A DNA stretch of 64,000 bases from Vicugna vicugna (Eukaryota): positions 5,765,260 through 5,829,259 of the forward strand of contig MU058844.1 of the NCBI GenBank assembly GCA_013265495.1, written 5' to 3'. The translations under genes were made by a program, and so were the position numbers. The notes under the pieces were generated by a model. The model was given only the letters and a program-made list of their open reading frames with translations, was not told where the DNA came from and ran no database searches. Position 1 is the first letter of the stretch. Each line of letters opens with the position of its first letter. This document shows positions 53,420-64,000 of the stretch, piece after piece.

Positions 53420-53720
53420 GAACAAGTATCCTCGTGCTCTCAAGACTTCTGCCAGAACTCCAGCCATCATTCTGTAAAAAGAGCATGTATAGTTATGAAG
53501 TCTCTTTAAAAAAAATTTTCCCAAAACTTTACCCAACAAATTCTGCTTGTATCTCATTGGTCAGATCTTCAACATGTGTCATTTGTATCGGTGTGTGACT
53601 CTAAGAAAATTATAGTTCTTAAATCTGGACACATTTCTGCTAACTCCCTGAATTGGAATCTGAAACTCAGGGAAAACGGGAGAATGGGTGCTGGGGATGT
53701 AGCTACATTCTCTTCCACCA
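53420..53720 (-). mobile_element. MLT1J-like MaLR LTR
   Basis: ctccagccatca, tatctcattggtcaga, ctggacacatt, gggagaatgggtgctggg. Confidence 0.75.
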
Positions 53721-55189
53721 TAGTTTTTGCTGAGTATGTGTCGTGGCAGTGAGCAGGTAACTTGACCTCTTGCTTCTGTCTAGGTAAAGGGTTGGTTCTC
53801 TGCTCCTTTAATCTACAATTTAACGTGCAAGGAAACTTAAAGCAGTCCCCAGGCAGTGGGCTAATTGAGCCTTTGTAAGAAGAACAAATCCCTGTCATTC
53901 TTCACACGGGAAAGGGCATAATATTTTACCAAACCAACAACAAAGTTCAAGGTCTTATACTTGAAAGAGAGAAAAGGAACAAGAAAGATAATTATTAAAA
54001 TCATATTCAAGAAAATGTTATCTTTGTAAAATTCAGCAAAGCTAGCAGCTCTGTAACAATCCTACTTTTGTGATGAGGAGTGAAATAGATGGAAATACCC
54101 GCGAATGCATGAAGTCAATAGTTTCATTTCAAAGATACAGTATTTTCTATTTTCTGTTTCTAAACGTAGTATTTGCCATATTTAGCAGTGTACAACACAT
54201 ACACATATCAGGGTGTGCGTGCATGTGTGTGTCATGTCCACATTCACCAGTGTTAGTATAACATGTCCTTGGTATTTACAGTGATACAGTGATACAAGTG
54301 ACACTCAACTGAGAATAGTTATACTACATACTACCTTCCCTTCCACCCTTTTGAAAACACTTAAAGATAATTTACATACTGATCTTCTTGGCTAATTGCT
54401 TGGGACAAAAACTATGATATGCTAATATTATATTTCTTTGGTTGTTGGCCAGCTTTTAAGCTCCTCTGACCCAGTGTATTTTTACAACTTCGTTTCTTCT
54501 CCTTTTATATTGTACATGTCATGTTGTGCAATTCATTTGTTCTTTGACCATTCATAGATTATTTAATTGAACTCACCTGTCCCACTATTACCTGTTTTTC
54601 CCTTTCTCAGTCCCTTCACTGAACATTTTGTACACAACTTCTTTAACATAGGCACTACCCAATTCACTCTGCAGTTTGAAATTAATATGTATGTTGAACA
54701 CGTATGAAACTTCAATATCTATGAGTTAAACATATGAGTAACCTGAAAATTACAAGAGTATGTAAGAAATGTACAATTCCCATCACACTGAAGAAGCACA
54801 GAAATATGATCAACTGACTTTGCCTAAGGAAGTCAAGAAGACTACATTTAAGAAGGCAACATAGTAGAATTGTACAAAATAAGTATATATTTCCCAGGTT
54901 AAAAAAAAAAGAGAAATTGATAAGGGCATTTCATAGAGAGAGAAACAAACACACAAATTTAGAAATGCATGGAAAGACATGGTAACTTCAGAGAAGACTG
55001 GAGCTGGAATATTCATGAAGTGTTACCGCAAGTGATGAAATTGGAAAGGTACGCTGAAGCCAAATTTGGAAAGAGTTTTATATGCCAGTTTGAACCTTCA
55101 TGTATATGTAGGCAACAGAGTAGATCAAAAATGTTTAAGAAAGACTTGCAAACGAGAGTGATAGATCAATTATAAAGTTACTGTAAATG

Positions 55190-55970
55190 AAATTAAAAAA
55201 CACTCTGCAATAACATTTTATAACTCAGATTGTCAGGGTTTGAGAAGCTTATTCTCTTGCTCTATTGATGACGATGTGTGATTTTAGATCAGAAAAGTCT
55301 CTAGGAAAGACAGTTAGGCATTTTCTACCCAAATTGCACTTGAAAATATTCTTTAATCCAGCAGTTCTACTCTAAATATTTACCTGTTAGGGATATTTAC
55401 AGAAATCAGATATGAAAGGTTAGTTGTAGCAACATTATAATAATAAAAGATTTTACCTCACCTAAGTATCCATTGATAGGTTACTGATTAAATAAAAGGT
55501 GGTGCAGCCATACAAGAGAATTATATGCATTTAAAAAAAATTAAGAGTGGAGGGGATAGCTCAGTGGTAGAGCACATGTTTAGCATGCATGAGGTCCAGG
55601 GTTCAATCCCCAGTACCCCTATCAGAAAACAAACAAGCGAAAAAAGACCAAATAAATAAATAAGTAAACAAATAAATAAATAAGCTCCTTTGTGGAGTAA
55701 TATACAACCGTGTCCAGAATGCATTAAATGAAAGAAAAATAGCACAAAATGTGTATAGCATGTTACTAGTTTGTTAAAATAAAAACAAAGAATAAAGAGT
55801 GAGTACATACTTATTGGCTACTATCAGCATGGAAAAGATTTAGAAACGAGTGCTCATATCTTGGAGAGAAATTGGGTGGTGAGAAGATAAGTAATGAAAG
55901 GTAATTTTTCCCAATATATCATTTTTTTTTTACTTTTTGAATTTTGAATCATGTGCATGTACTACCTAAC
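55190..55970 (+). mobile_element. Old L1ME-like 3' region, interrupted by a SINE
   Basis: tttaatccagcagttctactcta, acctaagtatccattgatagg, tttgaatcatgtgcatgtactacct. Confidence 0.65.
55547..55684 (+). mobile_element. Camelid tRNA-derived SINE (Vic-1-like)
   Basis: A box tagctcagtgg, B box ggttcaatcc, A-rich tail. Clearly paralogous to 50807-50932. Confidence 0.88.
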
Positions 55971-56474
55971 AACATATTCAAAGTTAAATTTAAAAATAAA
56001 TATCACATTATTTCAGGTAACAGATTATAGGAGCCTGCATGAAATTAGTAGCAGAAGGTTTAGAAAAAGATGTCTCATTTGTGATGTTTAAATAGGATCA
56101 TGTCTAGTTGGGATACATTGTATGATATCTTAATGGAATTGAAAATATGGTCCTGTGTGAAATGAGATAGCAATACAGATCAATGGTGGACATACAGAAA
56201 TCATCAACATCTTGATGCCAGGTGATACAGCATAGCGTGACACAGCGTAAGTATAGCAGGGAAAAGGACACAGTCTAGAACCTTCTGCCAGCCACAATGA
56301 AAGGACAGGGGAAGGAGAGAAGTTAGTAAAATAGAGAAAGAGGTAATGAAATAATAAGAGTATCAAAAAGAGAATAGTGCTTTGGAAATTATGGGAAGAG
56401 TCAATTTAAGGAGGTGAATGGTATTTGAGAACATGCAGTGCTACTGGAGGTTTGTGCTCCATACAGTCCCTTAA

Positions 56475-56669
56475 TTCCTTTTCAGATCCTTTTTCATCAT
56501 AGGTTCCTACAAGATACTGAATATAGCTCCCTATGCTATACAGCAGAAACTTGTTATTTATCTATTTTATATATAGTAGTTAGTATCTGCAAGTTTTGAA
56601 CTTCCAGTTTATCCCTTCCCACCAAAAACTGACATAACATTGCAAGCTGACTATACTTCAATTTAAAAG
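56475..56669 (+). mobile_element. 5'-inverted (twin-primed) short L1
   Basis: Antisense L1 3' UTR at 56475-56623 followed by the sense terminus at 56624-56669. TSD ATACAGTCC(C/A)TTAA at 56461-56474 and 56670-56683. Confidence 0.88.
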
Positions 56670-57689
56670 ATACAGTCCATTAAACCAAGAATTATTTGCA
56701 CTATAATATAAGCAATGCTCATTATTAGGTATTAACCCTACACTGAATGTCCTTGTTATTAAGGGCTGTGTATAATTTATGGGACATAGCGAAGTGATTT
56801 CAAGTATGATGCTCCAAAGAAATAGTTAATGAGAAGCAGTGAGAATTCTAAATAGATCTTTGTGTTTTCTTTATGTGGCCAGTTCTACCAGATGCATTAG
56901 AGAGATACAGAAGAATGGGTATTGAGAAAGTATTGTCTATTAGAAACTTCAGAAGTCAGTTACAGAGGAAAGGGGACTGTGGAAACCCCCTGTCAAATGA
57001 TTTAATAGAATGATGGATAAAGAGAGGAAGTATTGCTTATGCAGAATCAAGGAAGCCAAAGGAAAATTGGAAAAATATGAGAACTTTAGTTCTGCTGTTA
57101 CAGAGTGTAAAAAGTCAGTAGAAAGGGACATACTGAGAAGATTTAAAATAAGCGATTTAATAATAGAAAAAGTGGGGTTATGGAGGAGAGTGCGAAAGAG
57201 CTCAGGGCTAGCTTTGAAAGAAGTATGTCTACATTTCCCTCTGACATTATGTGGTAGACAAGAGCATAGATGAGAAAAAGGTTTAATGAGGTTTAGAGGG
57301 AGACAGGAGGGGTAATTTTATATACTGAGTCAAAGAAGCAATCATACGCCTCTTAGATGATATGTTCCTGTTACAGTTCTATACATGTCTACATACTACA
57401 GATGTTAATGAGTCAGTTAATCTAAATATAATGATAAAGAGAAGATGGATCTAGAATTTTGAGAAGAATGGTTAAGGTGAAAGTTAAGAAGGAGAGTCCA
57501 CTTGAAACAAGAAACAAACAAAAAACAATTAACTGAGAATTTTGTTAAAATGAATCTATGTGAATTAGTGCTAAAATTTTCCAAGGGCACACATGGTCTA
57601 CATATACAAATCCCCAATGTTCATAATACAATATTTTCACATCCCTTTTTTAGTACTTTTGATCACTAATTATAATGATGATCTTCAGA

Positions 57690-57785
57690 AATTAAATCAC
57701 ATAAACTCTCTGAGCCACCGTTTTAATGTAAATAAAAGAACAGGGTGGGGATAACTATCTCCACCATTCTTCCAGTTACTTCCGA
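57690..57785 (+). mobile_element. MIR/MIR3 fragment
   Basis: aaatcacataaactctctgagcc...taaaagaacagggtgggga...ttcttccag. Confidence 0.5.
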
Positions 57786-58088
57786 GCAAAGCATATGAGT
57801 ATTGTTCCCTAATCCAACATGTTGTTAGTGGAGATAGCAAATAACATGATACTTGCTTTTGCTCACGAAAAGGCAATTTTTCAATTCTTTTTTGTAGCTT
57901 ATGATCACTGATTTTTTATGTGAGCATGAGGTGACAGTGTGGTTACTTGAAAGAATTATGATCTGCTTCGGAAAAAAACAAAACAAAACAAAGGTCCCTT
58001 TTCATTCTGGGAAGTGTTTTCATCCTGTCATTTATCAGAGAAGACTGGAGAGCCAAGGGTTATTGTAGGGCAACCAGAAAAACGCTAT

Positions 58089-58500
58089 ACTTACTTCTTG
58101 CTCAGAGGATGGAGTTTAAAAAAAAAAGGAAAAACAATTTCTAGTTCCTCCTGTGAAACAAGTGAGCATGCCTTAGTGCCTCTGCGATCTTCTCTGGGGA
58201 GCAGTTATTGGATGAGGGAAAGGCTAGCTTCCTTCTCATAAAGTCTGTGTGTGTCTGGTGAACGCCAGAGGCAGGCACTTGCAGGCTGTGTGAACCTTCT
58301 GTGGGAGCGTCAAGACACTTCAGGGGCTGCTCATCGAGTTATCAGATACACAGAAACATACCCCTGGGTCAAGGAACATCTCTTCATTTTTTTCTGAGAT
58401 TCTATATTTAAGTCACTTTTCACTGGAATCACATAAAATAAGAGAGGAATTGTACAGCTGTGAGTTCCAAGCTCTTGTTTCTTTCTGTTTGCTGTTTATT
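58089..58500 (-). promoter_or_regulatory. Candidate promoter/enhancer or non-coding first exon
   Basis: Non-repeat, GC-richer block with a minus-strand donor GAA|GTAAGT (58089-58094), a MEF2-consensus/TATA-like CTATATTTAA (58402-58411) and an E-box CAGCTG (58455-58460). Motif evidence only. Confidence 0.25.
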
Positions 58501-59379
58501 ATTTGCCTAAGACTTTCAGCCATTTCAGGGCAAGGTCTACTAGTCTCTAGATAGTGTCATTCATGCTTACATTCTTCCTGCCTGATTAGCCACTTTACGC
58601 TTTGCCGTCTTTTTCATTTGGCTAGTGATAACAAAATGCATAAATGCTTCACATGAAACAAAATATCCTGAGGATTCTCGTAGTAGTGTTAATATCTGGA
58701 GCCAGTGGTGGGGGGGGGGAATGGTTAACAACTCGTCTCTGTAGTCATGTTAAGAAATTTTGACAATTACACACCAACGTTCTGTGTTTCTGCCTCATTT
58801 ACTAAATTCTTAGGAACTAGCTGTTATTCAAGGCTACTGCTTTTGTCCTTTCCTTCCCACTAGATCTGTTTTTAAAAAACATCTAAGGCAACATTTTTCT
58901 TATAAAATATTCCTACTTAAGGACCAAGAATTAGAATTGCCCCTGATCTTGTCTTCAATTTATTTTAAATTCTTTCCTTTTGGTTTTTGATATTTTTATT
59001 GTTTGTTGGTTTGGTTTGGTACTTCATGTGACATTTTACAGGAAAGAGTAAAGGGGTGTGGGGAACATGTTTAAATTTTTAGATAAATCATTGTAACGAG
59101 TAAACAAAAATAATTGTGTTTTTCTCTGAATTTTTGTTCTCCAAGGGTAAATTAAACAATCGTTTGTGGGTGTGAGGATTAGGAAAATACAGTTTAGAAA
59201 GAATCTAGGAAGGCAGCCCAAATCTGTGCTAATAATTTTTTCTCCTGCCCTCCTTTCTCAAAAAGTAAGATTAAATATGATCTAACTAACGTATCTGGAA
59301 GGAAAATCCAAACATACTGGTGGTTTGGGGTTTTTAAGAGACTCTAAGTTGTCATTGTTTGAAAGTCTAGAAGATCACC

Positions 59380-60640
59380 AAGGACTTATTAGCCTCGAAA
59401 TAAACCTTTTTCTATGGAGGAGAATAAAAAAGACTGATACTAGAATTCTAATCACAATATCAGAATCTAGAAAAGAGTGAAGAATAGAGACATTTGAGAA
59501 GAAAGTACTGCAAAACTAGAAACTGCACTCAGCCAATATATCATTTGTATTTTTGAACTATGAGGAAGCACAAGATGACATTCAAGAATTCAGAAAGTAC
59601 ATCATTCATGAGCCTTCTATGTGGTAATTACTTGAAGATCTGCTCCACTCAAATGAAAATTAAATGAGAACTATCTCAAGGTGGAAAATATGGTGTATGA
59701 GAAATAGTGATGATCAGTGAATGTATTCAAAATTTGGGTTAATCCCAAATAGATGATACTATTGTGGCTGTGAACAGTCATATTCGTAAAGATAAATAAA
59801 ACTTTAGGAAACTTGATCAATCAGACAATATTTTCTTAAGAAAGGATAAAACAATAAATCCCTAGTGCATTTTAAATATGGGATTTTATATATATGTCAT
59901 CAAAGGAATGAGATAAAATATATGACTTATGGTAATAGGTTGAAAAATATGATATTCAATGATAAAGACTCAGTTTTGAATAAATAAATATAAACAGTAA
60001 ATTTTGCTAAAAAGAAACAGATCTAACATAAAATGGCAAAAAGTGATCCAAAATTAAGTAATAAGCAAATAAGTGGTGACAAATTTTAAATTAGATATGA
60101 TAGCATTTAAAGGCAACAGAAATTGACACAACATTGTAAACCAACTACACTTCAATAAAAATATATTAAAAAAATAAAATAAAGACAACAACCTCGACAG
60201 TAAAAAGATGGATAATTTTAATGATGAACAGTGCAACCCACCAAGGTGATCAGCAGGACAAGAAATGCATAAAACAAAGTCCTTTGGAAATACACATAAA
60301 AATTGTTAAATCAACAAACATCTTCCTCAGAAATTGGGGATTTTAAAAACATTTTTCTGAGAATTGACAGTCTAATGACTGGGTCAGGGAAGAAGGACAT
60401 CAAAGATTTTAATCTAAAAATAAATAAATTTAATCTAACACAGACATGTGCACAGATCATGTTTGATTGATCCCACATGTAGTTTAAATCTACAACTGTG
60501 TGTATATGTTACCCTGTTATGCCTGTGGAACATACACAAGAAGTTGTATACAAATAAAACTTAATGTACTAAAACACAGAGATGTTAGAGGATACTTTTT
60601 TTGGATAAAAATGCAATAAAAAACAAAAAGAACAAGAAGT
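59380..60640 (+). mobile_element. Decayed L1M/HAL1-like element
   Basis: ORF1-end-like motifs (tagaaactgcactcagccaa, caagaattcagaaagtacatcattcatgagcc) and A-rich bias. Confidence 0.55.
60119..60180 (+). mobile_element. Extremely truncated L1 terminus with TSD
   Basis: gaaattgacacaacattgtaaaccaactacacttcaataaaa plus an A tail. Flanks AAAG(G/A)CAACA at 60109-60118 and 60181-60190. Target TT|AAAG. Confidence 0.85.
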
Positions 60641-61043
60641 ATTTCAGGAATTCTTTGACAGTTCTTCAGACTGTAAATAAAGGAGGAAGAGTCTATTTCA
60701 CATCATTTTAAATAATTTGATACTATATTTTAGGCTCTCTGGGAATTGTGTACTGAATCTTACAACTTATATTTATAACTTTTTTTTCCTCTGTTAGTAC
60801 TAAATTTCTTTTAACATGGTCAAGAGTATTCATTAGAAATCATCATCAAACATTACATGAAACGGCTAAAATCTAAAGTGTCCCTCAGTGAACTTACGAA
60901 TAAGACAGATACCCACAATAGCTACTGATATTCTGTATTAATTTGAAGGCTTTAAGTCCAAGAAGCCAGAAAAATTAAACAAACGCTATAAATTCAGATG
61001 AAGAAGAGACTAATTTATTATTAGTTACAGACGACATGCTGAG

Positions 61044-61720
61044 GTCCACGAAGTCTGGAAGAAGTGACTGCAAGGCTGTGGAGGCCTCAGTGATTCCTCC
61101 AGGTTCAGCGGCAACGCCGAGGTCAGGTAGCACTAATGGTGGAGCTGATGGTGTACACGTGCTTGACTGCAGCTGCCTGCGTGGCGACAATGGCTGGAGC
61201 CAAATGTGTGCACATGAACAGCTGTGGATGCCTGGACTGCCTGTCAGGCGTGCACGCGTGTGGCTGCAGAGGCCAGCTGCAGGCTCAAGCACAGCAGAGC
61301 AGACTATGGTGGGAGTCAGGCCCAGCAGCATACAGGTGCACAGCCACTGAGGAACCTCCCACAGCTCTTGTCACCAAGCATCATGCAGTTGTGACGTCAT
61401 GGACTCCACCTTCCTGAGCCAAGGAGATATCATGTACCCCTGGACCAAGAGCTATCACACATCACTGCACTTGGCACCCTATGCCACTAGACCCAGGTTC
61501 ACAGCACGCTGCGGTGTGTCCCCCCCCCCCCCCCCCCCCCATTCTTAACCAAAGTCAGTCCAGGAAGTCTGGAAAAAGTGACTGCTTCTTTAAATGCAGA
61601 CACCTGCACAAGGCTGCAGGAAATCACGAAGAATCAGGGAAGCGTGACACCACCAAAGGAACACAGTTGATGTCTAGGAACTGACATCAAAGAAATGGAG
61701 TTCTACGAATTTCCCAAATC
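61044..61720 (+). mobile_element. Old L1M 5' UTR and ORF1 start remnant
   Basis: GC-rich UTR-like sequence followed by KNQGSVTPPKEH...TDIKEMEFYEFP, resembling the L1M ORF1 N-terminus. C21 run at 61520-61540. Confidence 0.7.
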
Positions 61721-62274
61721 TTTAAATTCTGCTTCCTTTTTGATTAACAATTCGATCTTTAAGTCATTTCTTCCTTCTCGCATTTTACTATAAGCAGTCA
61801 GGAGGAACCAGGCTACCCCTTCAACAGTTTGCTCAGAAATTTATTCAGCCAAATACCCCAGTTTTATTGCTCACAAGTTCTACAAAACATTAGGACACAA
61901 ACAGGATTCAGCCAAGTTCTTTGCCGTTTTATAACAAGGACTGCCTTTTCTCCAGTGCCCAATAATACGGTTGTCATTGATATCTGAGACCTCATCAAAA
62001 TGGTGTTTATCGCCCCATATTTCTGTCAACATTCACTTCTCAAGTACTTGGCTAGTCTCTAGAAAGATTGAAGCTTTCTCTTCAGCTCCCCCTCTTCTTT
62101 CTGAGGTCCCACCAGAATCACCTTTAAAGGTCTGTTCACAGCACTGTAGGTTTTTTTTTTTTTCTAACAAGCACCTCAAAACTCTTCCAGACTCTACCAA
62201 TTACATAGTTCCAAAGTCATGTCCATACTTTCAGCTCTTTCTTACAGCAGCATCACTACATCTGGGTACCAATT
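61721..62274 (-). mobile_element. MaLR internal region (MLT1-int), 5' part
   Basis: ttcagccaagttctttgcc, tctgagacctcatca, aaactcttcca, and ggtaccaattt abutting the LTR. Confidence 0.85.
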
Positions 62275-62630
62275 TGTCTCAGTCCATTTGGACTGCTATC
62301 ACAAAATACCATAGACTGAGTGGCTTAACCAATAAAGATTTATCTCTCACAGTTCTGGAGGCTGGGAATTCAAGATCATGGTGTCAGCAGATGTGGTGAC
62401 CCATGAGAGCCTGCCTCCTGGTTCACAGTAGTCCTTCTCACTGTTGTCACACGGCAGAAGGGACCATGCAGCTCCCTGGAGGTATCTTTTTTGAGGGCAG
62501 TAACCCTGTCCATGAGGTCTCCATCCTCCATACCCAGCTGTCTCCCAAAGACGTCACCTCCAGATACCACATTGGGATTTAGGTTTCAACATACGAATTT
62601 TGAGGGGACACAAACATTCAGTCTCTGGCA
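62275..62630 (-). mobile_element. MLT1A0-type MaLR 5' LTR
   Basis: TG...CA termini; aaaataccatagactgagtggctta, ctcacagttctggaggctggga, gggacacaaacattcagtc. Confidence 0.93.
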
Positions 62631-63156
62631 GATTAGAATGCAAAAAAAAAAAAGGGAGAGTAAAGTCAATAAAACATGTTAGAATTATTTTGCTATTGAA
62701 AGATTCAAATTAACTTTGGGTTTATAAACAGTCTCCCTTTTTTTCCACATCATTAATTTTTTATAAGTGAACAACCACCCCCCAAATATATTTTATGGAG
62801 AGAGAAGAGTTTCAAATACATTTCATATCATTTGTAATAGTTTGATACTTATATTAAATTTTCCTTTTGATAATTTTGTGAAAATTACAGTTTACCATTT
62901 ACAGCTACGCTGAATGTTTCCCTCTTTTTTTCAGAAAATGCCTAAACTGTGGTTGATACATGTTAGTCCTAAATCTCTCTGAAGAAAACCTCGTATTTGA
63001 CAAAAAGATATGTTCCAGTATGTCTCTGAAGAAATACAGTGAGACAAATGGGTTGTTGCCTACCAATCCCTTTTTCAGTAGAAGCTCTTGCTTTATTTCC
63101 ATTTAGTCAAAGGGATCATCCCTCTCGGAAAATAAAGACACATGGTAATGCTGAAA

Positions 63157-63312
63157 AGAATCGTAGGATTTTAGAGGTGAAAAGAACTTAGAGATGGTTT
63201 AGTCTAAGGTTACACGGCTGGTTAATGACATTGCCAGAATTAGAAATACCGTCTTCTGGTTCTCAGTCCAGTGTTTTGTTTTGTTTTGGTTTTTTTTGTT
63301 ATACTATGCTGT
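63157..63312 (-). mobile_element. MIR-family fragment
   Basis: agaatcgtaggattttagag...aaggttacacggctggttaatgaca...tctcagtccagtg. Confidence 0.65.
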
Positions 63313-64000
63313 GGCCCACTTCATGTCACCTCTGAAAAAGCATTCTCCTAAAGCATCTGTGAAAGACTCATAGCATCTTGAACAGAAATATTTTCTCTGC
63401 CAAAAAATGCCTGCCAAGGATTCTGCTACTAAGAGCTCCCACTGGGCAAAGGGTCCCTAGACAGCACACTGAACAAACTGTAATGAGGTATATAATGTCT
63501 CCATTCTCTAGTGACATGGAGGCTTCACAATGTAGACTTTGTATTTTTAAAATGAATATTTTAAGCAAGCATCTCAGTTGTCTAACCCAGTGCACCACAT
63601 CCCATGAGACAGAGCCTACAGCCTCTCACACTCAGTGATGTTATGCTTTAGGGCGACAGGGGGCTGTTTCAAGATAGTTGGCTTTGTCTGTGTAGACCCC
63701 ATTTTTTTTTCCTTTTTTCTTTAAGAAATCAGCATGATCTCTCTGGCCTTTTCTGTAACTGAGCAATTGAGTAAGGTCTCAATGTAAAAGCTGTATTCAC
63801 AGCAATAGTGCAAAATGTCACTGAGATGCCACTCCCAGACTTCATTCGATTCCTGTAACAGATATTCTCCATTCTGTGCTCCAGGAGCTGAAACAGGCTT
63901 TGTTCCCTAGAGTTATCAGTTGTACCAGATGAACACTATATCTTGAATATTACAGAAAGCTAGATTCATGGTGAATTTGTAAATTCATGTGGATAAAAAA

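Noticed and set aside
60975..61684. Cluster of overlapping ORFs in a GC-rich region, suggesting an exon or CpG island
   Set aside because: Explained by a decayed L1M 5' UTR with TG/CA excess from CpG decay.
62905..63030. Minus-strand acceptor (tgtatttcttcag) with a downstream open frame
   Set aside because: Poor donor and no recognisable protein; compatible with chance.
1..64000. TE orientation bias as evidence for a host gene strand
   Set aside because: Younger L1s and LTRs lean minus but old L1s lean plus. The counts are too small and mixed to infer a transcription unit.
1..64000. CRISPR array, operon or other prokaryotic or viral system
   Set aside because: No regularly spaced repeats and no gene-dense regions; the content is mammalian repeats.

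Overview
This is AT-rich, CpG-depleted eutherian mammalian genomic DNA, most likely camelid (alpaca/camel), judging by two tRNA-derived SINEs of the Vic-1 type and camelid-like L1 3' tails. It reads as intergenic sequence or the inside of a very large intron. I find no supportable protein-coding gene, RNA gene, CRISPR array or other prokaryotic feature. The ORF track is explained by L1 ORF1/ORF2 remnants, simple repeats and chance. A large part of the window is transposon fossils: L2, MIR, old L1M, younger L1, MaLR/ERVL/ERV LTRs and SINEs. Family names come from recalled consensus sequences, not from a search. I did not find evidence for a new biological system. The best-supported observations are mutational scars: a twin-primed 5'-inverted L1, an internally deleted L1, templated local duplications and nested insertions with TSDs. 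There are also several unproven candidate exons and regulatory islands, the best being 58.09-58.50 kb.
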